Shown here: piece after piece, positions 51,410-64,000 of the stretch | How the letters are laid out: each line of letters starts with the position of its first letter | Position numbering within the stretch: the first letter of the stretch is position 1 | NCBI GenBank assembly: GCA_050273025.1 | Contig: CP158635.1 | Coordinates: 24,986,001-25,050,000 of the forward strand | DNA from: Cenococcum geophilum | Taxonomy: Eukaryota | Direction of reading: 5' to 3' | Length of the DNA: 64,000 nt | The notes under the pieces: model-generated | What the model was told of the DNA's origin: nothing | The model's database searches: none | What the model saw: only the letters and a program-made list of their open reading frames with translations | Program-made: the position numbers and the translations under genes

Positions 51410-54200
51410 TAATGGACAATGTAAGCCTCTTTTATAACCCCCCTATACCTAACGAGCCTTTAGCGCAATTACTTAACGCTAATAGTGCTTTATGGAGAGC
51501 TAGTGGGGTTCTTCCTTATATTAACCTTAATTTCTCTTCCTCTCTAAATTAAAACAGATTTCGTTATATGGGTAAATTATTTATTTATATCTCCTGATTT
51601 TCTAAATAAGTTGATACCTTTAATGCTAGCCATTTATAGGGCTAATTTTGATGCTAGGGGTTTAATGCGGATTTAAGGGTTGCTAGAAGACTTTGTTGAC
51701 TTTTAGTAACCTCTATTGCTATGAAAGAAACGCCTACGGAATACGCGGCGGCCGCAAGTCTTATCTCTGCCTATATTCAAAATATAAGAAATCTTAGGAA
51801 GGCAATGGATTTACTAAAAAGAATAAATTGAGAGACTATATATAAAACCCGTATTGGGCCCCGAACTATATCGCGGCGCCTCTTTAGACGAACCTTGATT
51901 TAGTAGAGTCGAGTTCCAATTCCTAACTGGCGACGGGTACTCCGGTATGGCCGTTTAAATATAATAGTCGATATGTCCTTAGTATACTTTAGTTACTAAT
52001 GCATATTGAGTGTTTATTAGTTAGTAGGATACCCGCCTAGCCCTCTACCTAGTAGTCCCAATATCTATATTCCAGTAACGCCTTTTAATACTGCCCCTTC
52101 CTAGCGGGGACACTTTCTTTAACTAAGTTTATTTACAGGTATGTCTGTAACCCTCCTTAGTTTGCTAATACGTATAAATTGCTAATTATACGTAATTTAG
52201 GATATGGGCCCGATTTCCTATTTACCTTACCCCCTACTCCCCCCCTTATAGCTTTGGCCGGCATTCCTTCTCCTATTAACTAGGCGCAATTATATATTAG
52301 AAGGCATTTATAATCCTCTATAATAATTACTAAATATCTTATAAATCCCTGGTCTAGATAAGCTAATACAGGAACTAAGACTAAGGTAAGAAGTTAAATA
52401 AATCCAGCTAATAGGCTACTGAGACGTCAACACTGCTACTATTAGATCCCCCCTGGAGCAGACCGTCTCTTTTACTGCCTATATTGGCCTGAATGTAAGT
52501 ACGGACTTACTTTAGATAAGAGAAAGTTCGAGTAAGTATAGAGCTACCCCTTATTAGTAGTTTGTCTAATTTAATATTAAGAGAGTATATAGACCAGTAT
52601 ATAAGAGCCTTTAAATGCGGGTATCTAAAATATATATAGTTATTTGGGTGCGCCAGCAGTTATACAGAATACGAAATTGTAATTTATCTTGTGCACAGCG
52701 GCCTATATATAGATTTTTACCCACCCCTAATTAGTAGACGACCGGTAGAGGGGCTTACGGCTACAGAAAGTTTGGGCGGACGTATTAGTGTTATGTATTG
52801 GGATGCGGCAGCCTATACTACTTATATTATATAAAACCATTTTTAGGATAAACCAAATAGTTTAGGTTTTAAAGGATGGTGCACAACGGCACCAGTTCTA
52901 GAAATGGTAGAATTTAACACTAGGCAAATCAAATTTAAGGATTTAAAACAGCTTTATCTAATAACGTCTTTACAAAATCCAATAAGGCGGGATCCTAATT
53001 CTTAGTTAGTGACAAATGATTTAGTACGACTTTATAAATATACCTTAAGTAATAATTTTATCGTAGCTGGTATATCTACAACCATTACGTGCTTGCTAAG
53101 GTGACCAGTATTAATAATATATAAGTTGTAGATCCGAATAACTATACTACCCTTAGTAAACCCGTATAGTTACCTACCCCTAATACCCCATATAATGAAA
53201 AGCAAGTACTATTAGGCCGTAAAGAGAGTTCGCAGGCTTTACTAATAATTAACAGCCTTAGTATACTAGGGATATTTCTAAACCTTAAGCGGTCAACTCT
53301 AGAGCTAAGGGAGTCTGAAAAATCGCAGGGTATAGTCCTTTAGTCAGCTACCACTACAGCGCCGCTTAATACTACGAACTTTGGTCTATAGGGTAGTATA
53401 ACTACAGGCATTTATAATACGCGGCCTGTTATAGGAGTTCCCCAAATGATTAATAGGATGGCAAATGATCTATCTTAGACTTTAAGTAATCCCGAGATCT
53501 ACCTACGCATACTAATGGCCCCAATGCCGTCTACCTTCTCTTAATCGTCTACTTTCATGCACTTAGCCAGTATAGAAAGTGGATATAATAGCCCTAAGGA
53601 TTACTTAACTGAAAATTCCGGCAATAACAATATGAATTTAGGGCAGGACTTCTTAGCTTCGACACTTATAGAGATGATAGGTAATAATAGTATATAGCAG
53701 CCTCCAATATACGGAACTTTTATTAATTTAGAGGAGACACTATAGCAATCTCTTAATTTAGGTCACCTATTAATACTAATATTAAAGACAAATAATATAT
53801 ATATTGGAGAGACCTAAAGCGAGATTTAGGAGTACTATATAGCATATTTAGAGCTAGTAGAGCATTAACCACTTTAGAATAAAACCCTTTAGATAGCTAG
53901 CCCTTTATCCCTAGAAATATTTAGTAATTTTCTTACCTAGTTAGGTACAACAACTATATAAATAGAACTATGGCAAACCCTTCTGGCAACTCCTAATAGT
54001 TCTTTAGAAATGTATAAAGGCCATCTATTAGCACCTCTTATATAGTAGGAAAAGACCTCTTCTATAAACAGTAATAATACTCTCGCTTCGGAACTGTCTA
54101 TAATAGCCCTATAAATAAATTGTAATATCTATTATAAGAGCTACGCTAATAGGCTAATTATACTTCGACATAAACGATTTTGTAAGTTCGGCTTTATATT
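51410..54200 (+). pseudogene. Large unknown multi-exon relic with low-complexity C-terminus
   Basis: Frames such as EKVRVSIELPLISSLSNLILREYIDQYIRAFKCG...ISVMYWDAAAY...GFKGWCTTAPVLEMVEF; several introns. Confidence 0.45.
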
Positions 54201-54649
54201 ACGACTCTTTATTTCTAATATCTCTAAATATATTAAATTTAAAATATAACTACCAAAAATGCAATAAAAACTTTTTATAACGGTACGCTTTTACTAAGCA
54301 CCTATAAGCTTATATAAATAGAGCCCTTAAATTCCCAGAAGCACCTAATGGAGACTTATATAGTTAGAAAGCCTATTCTAATTGCCGGGCTTCTAAAAAA
54401 AAATGTGATGGGAGATTCACTTGTTATATAAGAAAGAGATAGTTTGGTAGCTGCTAGAAGTAAAGTTCTTATAGCTAAGTATGGGCATTCGCTATAATTG
54501 CTAGTGAGCCTATATACTAAAGTGAAATAATATTTTTCTAAAGGGGGGGTGGAAGCTAGTCGTGTATATCACTATAATAGAGTTTTAAATAAGTTGTTAA
54601 AGTACTATAGGAGAAAGCTCTATTCCTAAATTATTTAGGCCTAAGCCTA

Positions 54650-57230
54650 TTATATACTATATATTTAGGGGTAATCTCTACTTCTCTTTTCTTTTTTAAA
54701 GATTCGCCGTCAATCTCCTTTTGCTACTTTTATTGATAGCATTTTATGGGGTTAATCCAAGCCCCTTCTATATTCTACTCTTATCTACTAAAGCTATAAG
54801 TGTTTTTCTATCTTTCTCCTTAAGCGCCTCTCTAAGCTCTCGGAACCTTATAATATACTTAATAAACTTGCTAAGGTTCCTTTTATAATAAGATTGAAGT
54901 TTATAGGATATTAGGTTAGTTATAGGCTCCTTAGTAGGCTTTTAGCACAAAACTGCTACTCTATCTATAATGTGAACTAAGTAATACCTTAAATCCTTAT
55001 TACTCTTCGCGGCTTTAATGCTTATTAGCCTAGGCCTCCACTCTACCTAGTATTTAAGTGCACCGTTTTCGGTTACGCCTTCCAAAATTTAGTTTGGTCT
55101 TCTTAGGAATCTAGTGGGCTGTTCGTCTTCTCTTTCACAATTTAAGCTGTTATTAGAAACATCCGCAAAATAGGCTTTATTATTACCTGCTTAGCCGTTA
55201 ATATAATTGAAAGATCTATGATTATTTAGCTATCTTACTAAGAGATATTGGAGAAACGTGCTTAACACTGGCGACCGTATTCATAGGGTCAGGCAAGCCT
55301 GTTATTGGGTAAGAAATTCCTACCTATTTGGAACTGGACGGTTATAGGTGGTCCTTAACTGGAGAAAGTATGGCTGGTGAGAGCTTAGGGCTAGAATAAA
55401 AGAATTAAGAATTGTGAGTGCTGTAGAGCAAAAAAACACTACGCAATAGCGCCCTTTATACCCTCGCGCCTAGAACTAACGCTAGAAGTATAGCTCTAAT
55501 CTAAAAATATTAAACTACGTAAGCTGCTTCGCTGTAATACTAAGTTATATTAACAGTTGTAGGATAATCTCTTTACTGCCTATAACCTCTGGGTATTTAA
55601 GTGGCTAATGCCTCTACCAGTATCTAGTGTCTAAGGTCCTTTTTATAATATTAAGTAAGTCCCCTATTTAATTCTGAGCGTAAAACTTAGCTTGGTCGGA
55701 TTATTAGCTTTAAACAATAATTAACTATTAGGGCTACCCCTAAATACTAGTACGTAGAGCCCCTTATCTGGTTTTAAATGGAGTGGGAACTATATTCCTG
55801 AACTTCTTCTTAGTTACGTCAGAGCTGGCCGAATGCGCCGTAGCTTTATCTCCTAACTCCTTACTTACGCTATATGCCTTAGAAACCGTAGTATAGCGCT
55901 TGGAAAGCGGCATTGCTTTTACCTACGTTATATAGATTTAGGTAGAGACCACTTATAATCTAATAAGTAATAACAGTTAAGTACTACTTATAAAGCCAGA
56001 GACTAATGCGTTAGTTCTTCCGCACTAATGTAATATATTTTAGTTAGATATTTATATTTAGTATATTATAAAAGCATTGCATTATTATAAACGGATTAAA
56101 ATTGTTTCCGGAAATGATTAAAGCTAACAGTCTGCTTAGAAATAACTATAGCGAACATTACTAGCAAAAAATAGTATTTTAATATTATAACCGTATAAAA
56201 AGTACTGCGATTTTAAAATAGTATGTTATAGACCTTTTTAACTTCCAAAATCTATTCTACGCGGTAGTACCGTTGTTTAATCTTATAGAATAAGCCGTTT
56301 AAGCGCTACTATATAAACCTATGGCGAGTATATAGATATCTCTTTAAAGCAACAGAAATTTACTATACTAGTTGGCACCGCATTACCTACTGTTATTGCC
56401 TCTACCTCCGCCTTTTATATATCTTATTTATAGGCAAGGCCTTTGCCTAAAAGCTAGTATACTAAGGAAATCAAATACCGCTATATTGTATGTAGCGCCA
56501 CAATAGTTATAAAGGACTTCCGCTTTGTACCAGTAAGGGTCTCCTTTTTCTATAAATTTTGCCATCGCGTATATAATTTAGTCTTGTGGGTAGACTATAA
56601 GTCCGTTAACCTTTATCTTAGTTAGTCTAAGTTCCTATAAGTAATGCCGATCTTAAAGGCGAATAATATATGGTGGAACTTGGCATTAAATGCAGTTCAT
56701 TCCATAGTGATTAAGTAAACAGTCTCTATAATAGGTATAGTCCCAACAATTCGCTCTCTATATTTCGTCTCTAAAGCTATATTTCTTCTTATAAGAAGCA
56801 TACGAATTTTCAAATTTTGTCCAGTCTAACGGATAGGCACTATAACTACTAAGTGCTATAGCACCTATCTACTTTCTCCCATTATAGACAGCTTTGCTAT
56901 TAAGATTGTAAATAGCTTTATCCTTGCTTTCCTCGTCTATATTATGAAATATTTTTATATAAGCTGTTTTTATAAGCGCGAATATTAATAGTGCTTGCTG
57001 TTGGTCATTAATATAATTAAGAATTTCAATTATAGAGTTAATTTCCCTACGGTATTCTATAAGGACCTTCTAAGCTTAGTTGTAGTCCATATAGGGAAGT
57101 GATCTTAAAAGTGCTTGTTTGTCTATACTCTTAAATAATTTCTCGCGATCGTCATGTGGTATTTCTTTAAGGAAAGCTCGGCAGATATGCGAATTTATTA
57201 ACTAGCTTATGTGTTGCTGATATATCGCAA
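54650..57230 (-). pseudogene. Two unknown minus-strand relics (~54650-55220 and ~55640-57230)
   Basis: e.g. AYPLDWTKFENSYASYKKKY...IYAMAKFIEKGDPYWYKAEVLYNYCG in one frame. Confidence 0.35.
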
Positions 57231-57559
57231 TACGCGTATTGTGGTCGCTATTAATAAAACAGTTTACTTTATTAATGTTAATAGATATATTAGGCCGAAG
57301 AAGTATATCGTTATCCTAAAATGAAAACATATTTAAATAATAAGTAGTTACAATAAAGAACTAGCTTTAGCTTTTTTGTAGTAAGATTTATAGCGCTTAA
57401 TAAAGTAGGTTTATAAGGGGTAATTTTAGTAAGGGGGTCACCTTTTTAAGGGAGACCCTTTTTAGTAGAAGTAATTACTAGATTTTACCTACCTCGCTAG
57501 TTTATCTAATTACTAAAAGTATATTTTGCACCTAAGCTAAAAGTAATTAGTTAGGTTGC

Positions 57560-59790
57560 CAGATAATAAATACTAAAAATATCTTTCTTTCTTTAACGCC
57601 GATGCTAGTTAAGGGATACTAAAACTATTATAGCTAGTAAAAATATCCCGTTACCTTCTCCAAATCTTCTAACCTTTGCTTTAGGGCTTTTAGTTAGTAG
57701 CCTCCTGCTTTTTCTAAAGCTGCTACTCCCACTTCTCCTCTCTATACTTCTCCTTAAATAGTTTCTTAGCCTATTTAAGCAGATTTTTTCTAAGATTATC
57801 CTCCGCTACTACTGATGACGCCTATTTAATAGTGTATTGTATAGATCCATCCTCTATAACGCGAAGAGCCTTAATATACTTAACTATGTAATCGTTATCC
57901 TCTCTGTAACGTGGATATCTCACCATCTTTTGAAGCCGCTTCTCTTATTGCAGGTCCTACTCCTTTTTTTTAAACTCCGTTTTAAATAAGCCCTTAAACT
58001 AGCTATAATACTCTTCTCCTACTAGACTATCCGTTGGTACCTCTAATGACGTCTATTTTACAGTGGATAGCATAGACCCGTTATCTATAAGGTAAATAGC
58101 TTTAATACGCTTAACCGTATAACCTATATTCTTTTTATTAGGTGGATATGCGTAAAGGAGCATTTCCTTCGCCATTCTAGCCTTCTCTGTTTTTCCCCTT
58201 AAGTGTTTGCGTTGCTTAGCGGATTAATTATCTTAAGGGAGCGCAGAGGAATTAATGAGTGAGATAGGCTGTTTCTGAGTAAGAGTATTCCGAGGTAGAG
58301 CATTAACGCTAGATGGTGGAGCCTTGGCTTAAAGTAAAGCGTATTAACTTTGTTGCTCTAGTGATAATTAGTATATAGGGTCTAATCTGCTTACGTTCTT
58401 GGCTGGGCTATATTTATAGGTGGTATTTTCTAAGGAAACGTATTAGGTAGGCTAGGGTTTTTTTAATATTATCTTAAGTATACCTTAATAAGCTCTTTAA
58501 GAATACGCTCTTTTTGTACTTACGTTACTCTCTATAGGATTGCTACTAATACAATACTCTATGGCTAAATCGCTTTAGGGAAGTATTTGCTCTAAATGCT
58601 AGTCACTATCTTATCTAGAGTTAACCCCCTTACTACGAAGGTATTCGCTGTAAATGTTATTAGTATCTACCTTAGTTGGACTTAGTGCGCAAAAATCGCT
58701 AACCCCTACTGCAGATTCGTCCTGTAGTTCTTCTTTAGTAAGTTTATTACGGGAGTTAGAACGTCTAATCCTAGTTATTTAGGTATGGTCTAGTCCATTC
58801 TATAGCCCAATTCCTTGCCACTAGAGAGTATTGATGTTTTAATTACTTATATAGTTGCTAGCGCTATTAGAGCCAGAGCCGCTCCTATACGTTTTAGAGT
58901 AATTAGGGGCCAACTCTTTACCCCAGACGCCCGTGTTATTTATAGTTCTTTAGGGGTTACCTTAGTTGGAATTCTTAGAGGGGGTTAGAGGGTATCCTAA
59001 GACTAAAATGGTTCTAACTAGCTTCTCTGGCTGCTTGTCTACCTTATCGGCACTTTTGCTAATATTATAGTTTTAGTCATTAAGGCTCTGGCTGTTATTA
59101 ATGCTATTAGTGCTTTCTAGTTTAGTACCTAGATAACCAACCGTAATATTACTTAGGATATTAGAAATAGGAGTAAAGCTAGTTTAATTGCCAACGGTAG
59201 TGGGCTTAGGGCTTTAGGCGTTATGGTAAGATAGGCCGCTATATAGTTTTCCAGTATTCGGTATAGCTAGTTTATCTATAGTATAGTGTAAGCAATTTCC
59301 TTAAGCCGATTATAAAGAAATCTCGAATGTAATATGTTTACCTTTGCTGTTAACCAATACTTTAGTCCTAGCTTTAGATCTGTGTCCGTTATAGAGAAGG
59401 CCACTTTCCTAACTCCTATTGTTAAACAACTGCCCGGTAGTCGCATGTTAAGGATTAAGGCTAAAAATTCCTATTTCTTTTCTCTAATATTTCCTAGAAA
59501 TGAGGTCTTTTACTTCTAGAAGGTAGTTATTATTATCATTGTAGGGGCCGCCAGAAGTTTTCCTAGTAACATTGTTTTGGGCGATAGACGAGTTTCCTGT
59601 GTTATATTAGATACTATTGCTATAATCTAACTATATATGCACTTACCTTAGGCCCTAGTTAGGTTACCTCTAGCTATCTAGCACTCTATAACAGTTTTTT
59701 CTAGGGTGGAAGCTATAAGATTAATAATTAACGTAGAACTCTTGTTTCTTTTAGTAAATTGCCTGCCTTGTCTACTAGCTATAATGGGAG
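57560..59790 (-). pseudogene. Low-complexity protein ending in two tandem chromodomain-like repeats
   Basis: GYTVKRIKAIYLIDNGSMLSTVK*TSLEVPTDSL and DYIVKYIKALRVIEDGSIQYTIK*ASSVVAEDNL de-RIP to Y.VE.I..........Y..KW....V....L, at ~57740-58140. Confidence 0.55.
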
Positions 59791-59999
59791 GCAATTATAT
59801 GTGGGGTAATTGGGGGTGTAGCTTGGGCCTAAAAGTCCGGGCACTTGGTGCTCTAGGTATATAAAAAGATTAAGAGTCTATTATAATTTAAGGATTAGGA
59901 TAAAAAGATATAGAAGTAATAAAAAAATCTTTTTAAGGAGTAAGATAATCTAGGAATTAGCGAGAGAGCGTGTTTTTATATATATGCTTTTGGCATAGC

Positions 60000-61080
60000 C
60001 TGGTTCTTAGCTAGTTTAATCTGTTATCCTTTTTATATTTACCGCCAAACCTAATAGCAACAGCGGTGGCTTGGTTTACGTAGCTTTAGGCTAAGGCGTT
60101 ATAGTGTATAAATATTGCGCCTATTCCCTGGGAATTGGTGGTGCCTGCGGTACTAGGATTGGCTTAGTGGGTTAACTTCTAGCTGGAGCTACTTAGGGAG
60201 TTATCTAAGGCTTTCGCGTCGCTTCCTCTACTAAATCCTTCAAATATTCTTGCATGGTATTGCTTCTTTTAGTTAGTAAATATATAAATAAACACTGCTA
60301 TCTGCGCCTTGCGGCACTAGAATCTATATTAACAGTGCTATATCTACAACTTCTGTAAGTGGTAGTAATACTAATATCCATCAGCGGTACCGGATTAGCT
60401 TACTCTACCCCTTTCGGCTATATAACCTTTCCCTCCTTCACTGGTTATAATAGTGGATGCTTTAAGTGCCCCTAGTATAGTAGTATAATGTGGTTATCCT
60501 AGATTAACAATATGTTATAGTATTGCCGTTAAATCCAGACCGTGTATTCCCGGTTATTCTTTACGGATTTTAATTTTAGGTTTTTTTGAAGAGGGCCGAA
60601 ACTAATGCCTAGGGGATAGAGGGCTAATAGAATACCCTAGATCCTAGCCTATTAGCCTTGATTTATCCTATTTATCCGTTAAAATGTGCTACCTGCTCTT
60701 TTTTGTAAGATAGGGACTCTATAGTGGAGACAGAATTAACTGGTCTGGAGTAATTGGCGAGTAGTTATATAAAACATCCGTGGAGCTCTACTGACCCGTT
60801 CCGGCGCTATAATAGCTTTATACAATAAGGTATTTCCTTTATTAGTTAGAAGATTAATTTAGTGGTCCTTTAGTTGGGTTTACCCTTTATTTAAGCCCCT
60901 TGCCGTTCTTTCGCTGCGCCCTCCTACCCTACTTGCACTCCTACTACTACAGCAGTTGTTTTAGTAACTAGTTGCGGTTTAGGCTCCACAGCTCCTTATT
61001 TTAATTGTAGCCTCCTAAGTTATATTATTAAAGCGGTAAGGATAAGACATATTTTTTAATTAACTATAGTAATGGCGTGG
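60000..61080 (-). pseudogene. Unknown relic
   Basis: GRRAQRKNGKGLK...KIRKE*PGIHGLDLTAIL*HIVNLG*PHYTTILGALK in one minus frame. Confidence 0.3.
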
Positions 61081-61699
61081 TAGAGTGCTAGCGCTAAAGT
61101 AATTTCTGGTGTAATGTTTAAGTGTTTAAATGGGCGTCTTAACTCTAGGGTAGGCTATTAGTTAATAGAGCTAAGATGATAGAATACGGATGAAGTAGGA
61201 TTATATAAAAGTTAGAACTAAAGACCTAGATAGCCTACAAAAAGAATACTAGAGAGGAAAATAAATAGAAGGAGCGTAAAGTAAAAACGAGGCTTAGAGA
61301 GGGGATGTAATATTAGCCTCCCCGAATCTAGTGTATCTGTTTAAGGTAGTCTATGCCGAGATTGCAACGGTAGCATGTAGGCCGTAAAAGTGGAAACGAT
61401 AGTTAAATATTTAGGAGTCGTTAGCTGAGAGAGCGTGCATCTCGGTGTTGGTTGTAATTGGAAGTTCAGTATTAAGGGGCGGGTGTAGGCTATAAGGGTG
61501 GGGCCTTGTAGTAGGGGTAAGGCTAGGGCAGAAGTAAAATCCAAGGGAGAAAGAGCTGGTAGAGAGGGCAGTGAAGGCGATAGAGCATTTTATAGACATC
61601 AAAAGCGGCGGTCGGCTAAGCGAGAGAGCGATGCCCGAAAACGGGTGTCGGGGCCCCGCTAAACTTAAATAGGCAGCGCACTAGGACCGAGTTTACTAG

Positions 61700-62330
61700 T
61701 GCCACTATTCTACTAGGCCGGAAAGTTATACCTTAAGCCGATCTTAATACTTTAAATTACGTTTGTAATTGGGCGAATATAGCTACAGCATAGGATGTAG
61801 CATTTTATACACTTTAAGTCGTATCTAAGATTCTTACTAAGGACGCCAATTACTTGGCTTAGGATAACTCCTCTCTTTATAGACTATGGGTGCTATATTT
61901 TGCAACCCTTATTATCTAGTGTTTTGGCTATACGCTTAAAGGCCCTATTAGACATCCTTTAGAACTTCTAACCTATAAGGATAAAGTCCGTAATATATAA
62001 GAGTTTCTATAAAGAGTTGGCGGAGTAAACCGGCCGGATAATCTGGGAATGGTAGCGCACCGGAACGCATGCTTAGGTATGCTGATGATCGTGCGCAATA
62101 TACTTAAGGAGGCGCAATGGGAGCTACTGCATGATGCATCAAATTCGCTTGATGGATGCATTAGCATGTTATATGGAACAATTAGGAAGGGGTAGCTACT
62201 TTACGATCCGCAGAGTGGAGCTAAAGAAGGCTGTAATTATAACTCTTAAATAGTTTAGAAATGTATATAATTAATCACGCCAGTGAGATTTAGAGCAGCG
62301 TTAAGAACGATTAGCGCCCTAACGGCACCT
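61700..62330 (+). pseudogene. Unknown relic, less heavily RIPed
   Basis: SVLAIRLKALLDIL*NF*PIRIKSVIYKSFYKELAE*TGRIIWEW...; CA/TG dinucleotides retained locally. Confidence 0.3.
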
Positions 62331-62999
62331 CTGGAGGATGCTTAAATGACTTAAAAGGAGTAAAACAGCTAGCGATTTGGTGGTCATTGCCTCTATCTAA
62401 TCCGCAGCCTCCTACTCGCCAGTTGCAGCTATTTACCAGTCTTCGTCACCAGTATTAGTTAGAGTCAGCATATTTACCCTTTACCCTCTACGCAGCCCCC
62501 AGAAGCACGTAATATCTTAATTAACTTCTCTATACCTGCTAAGACCTTCCGTAAAAATACTATAGCCTCTTTCCTTTCCATTTCTTATCTTTTAAGCAAT
62601 ATAATATCTTAAAGAAAATCTAAATAAGGGTACTATAGTATCTCCAGTTTAAGAAGTGGGACTTAATGACTTGGGAGGCGTATCTGTCTGTAGAGAATAG
62701 ACTTGTATAGGGGGAAGGCATATCCTAGGTATGGGATTTTTATACACCATATCTTATATACAGCGCTTTTACTAGTGCAGAAATGTATAAGCAATTTGGG
62801 GAAGAAGAACTATATAAAGTTATAGATATAAGTGCAATACCATTATTAATAATAATTAACTTATTGTAATAACAAATATATATTTATAGTGCATGTCTAG
62901 ATAAGATCGCGATGGAACTATATATAAAATCCAAAGTTTACTACACCGTAGTCCTAACGAATCTGTGGAAGACACTCGAATTTTATAAGAAAATTAATA

Positions 63000-64000
63000 G
63001 CTAGTACTAATGGGCTAAAAGTGGGCTTTAAAAGGGTTTCCCCTAAATGTAGTGGACTCTTTTTAGAAATGCCGTCTGTGGCTCCTTCCTATGAGTTGTA
63101 AGGCAGCGACTGGTTTTGGATCTTTTGGCGTCTTCTATTAAACCCTTTGCCGGCTAAGTAAGAATATATTCGCAAAACGCTAGCGTAGCTATATATATAT
63201 TAATGAGGATATTACGCATAATAAAGGCTAGTGGTAAGTTTATATTGCAGAGACTAGGGCCACGTAGTTAAATCGGATTGTTAATAGGTGCCCTCCTCCC
63301 GTATTTAAGCTGTGTGGCAACATTTGCATATAAATCCGTGGCAACTTCTTGGGCCGATTTAGTTCTTAATGCCTTTAAGAGATAAGTATCTACTAATCAT
63401 TGTCACCTACCGCATGCGTGCATTTTGAAGATTTACCTTTTTAAGCTAACGTATACCGCAGCTATTGTGCATTTCGCCCTATATGCTATAGACTTGGTTT
63501 TAATATAACCTGATCCTCTTTATATGCAGTCTATATCTTAGCGTGGAATATAATTTATAAAATTTAAAGGATAAGTATAGTATAGGTAATTAAAAATGGA
63601 TAGTTAGGTCTTTAAAACTTGGGAGTTGAAAGGGTATATAAGGAAACTGGATTGGAAGAATGGGTAAGCCTGGTTCTTAGACTGACTATATAGGTTTAGA
63701 TCCCTATAGGTCAAGCTCTAAGCTGCATTTCGCTAGGATGAGAAGTCTTAGGGCTAGGAATGGCGTTGAAACAGTAGCATTAGGCTTTAAGCTTATCCAA
63801 TTCCGAAAGCAATAGGCAGTAAGTAGCTATATAATATGCACCTCCCTATAACTGCTAACACTTATAAGCAGTCCCGTGGTCCTAGCCTTTAACCCTTTAT
63901 ACCGTGTAGCCCTTTAGAGTGCGTCTCTGCGAATGAAGAGCAGCCTGTTAAAGCCTTACCCTTCTAATAATTATCACCGCCTGCAGTACCTGGAATAGCC
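63000..64000 (-). pseudogene. 3' part of an unknown multi-exon gene running out of the window
   Basis: Introns near 63400 and 63950; peptide LKALRTKSAQEVATDLYANVATQLKYGRRAP. Confidence 0.35.

Larger units (their letters stand above)
1..64000. mobile_element. RIP-degraded, gene-dense accessory block, probably the interior of a Starship-like giant mobile element or a large duplication
   Basis: TpA excess and CpA/TpG depletion by eye across the window. Internal repeats differ mostly by C>T/G>A. About 30 intron-bearing gene relics, including Myb/SANT, kinase-like and BTB types. No captain or element end seen. Confidence 0.6.

Noticed and set aside
57740..58140. Chromovirus (Gypsy) integrase remnant
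   Set aside because: No RT, RNase H, integrase or LTR seen nearby, and the upstream region has introns and low complexity.
8015..62167. Supplied ORFs as intact CDS
   Set aside because: All are 105 aa or shorter, several have non-ATG starts, and they are stop-free fragments of RIPed genes (8015, 8426, 34833, 36978) or antisense/chance frames (e.g. 12154, 14890, 15232, 19986, 48455, 59334).
1..64000. Alternative genetic code (TAA/TAG read as Gln) or organellar DNA
   Set aside because: Stops replace both Q and W, and M>I, E>K, D>N, H>Y, C>Y changes co-occur; repeat copies differ by C>T/G>A. This is mutation (RIP), not recoding.
1..64000. DUF3435 tyrosine-recombinase captain or element termini
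   Set aside because: No recognisable captain motifs or boundary repeats by eye. They may lie outside the window or be missed, so the Starship call stays inferential.

Overview
Eukaryotic, almost certainly filamentous-ascomycete DNA: GT..AG introns with CTAA(C/T) branch sites are visible throughout. The window is saturated with repeat-induced point mutation (RIP), with TpA abundant, CpA/TpG scarce, and nearly every former reading frame broken by TAA/TAG where CAA/CAG/TGG is expected. I found no intact gene, and the supplied ORFs are fragments or chance frames. Reading TAA/TAG as Q/W and ATA as M by eye recovers about 30 densely packed gene relics. Recognisable ones are a near full-length divergent BLM10/PA200 proteasome activator (26.4-32.2 kb, minus), a GNAT acetyltransferase, a BTB/POZ-like protein, a Myb/SANT protein, a degenerate Ser/Thr kinase with a divergent partner, a nucleoside 2-deoxyribosyltransferase-like protein, a tandem chromo-like protein and a Helitron N-terminal fragment. 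There are also two MITE-like elements, several in-frame tandem repeats, a triplicated unknown gene family, and one non-coding cassette reused directly upstream of four minus-strand genes or fragments. My inference is that this is the interior of a RIP-killed giant mobile element (Starship-like) with chromatin/proteasome-related cargo; I saw no DUF3435 captain in the window. All domain calls are by-eye recognition of de-RIPed translations, not database hits, and most relic boundaries are approximate.
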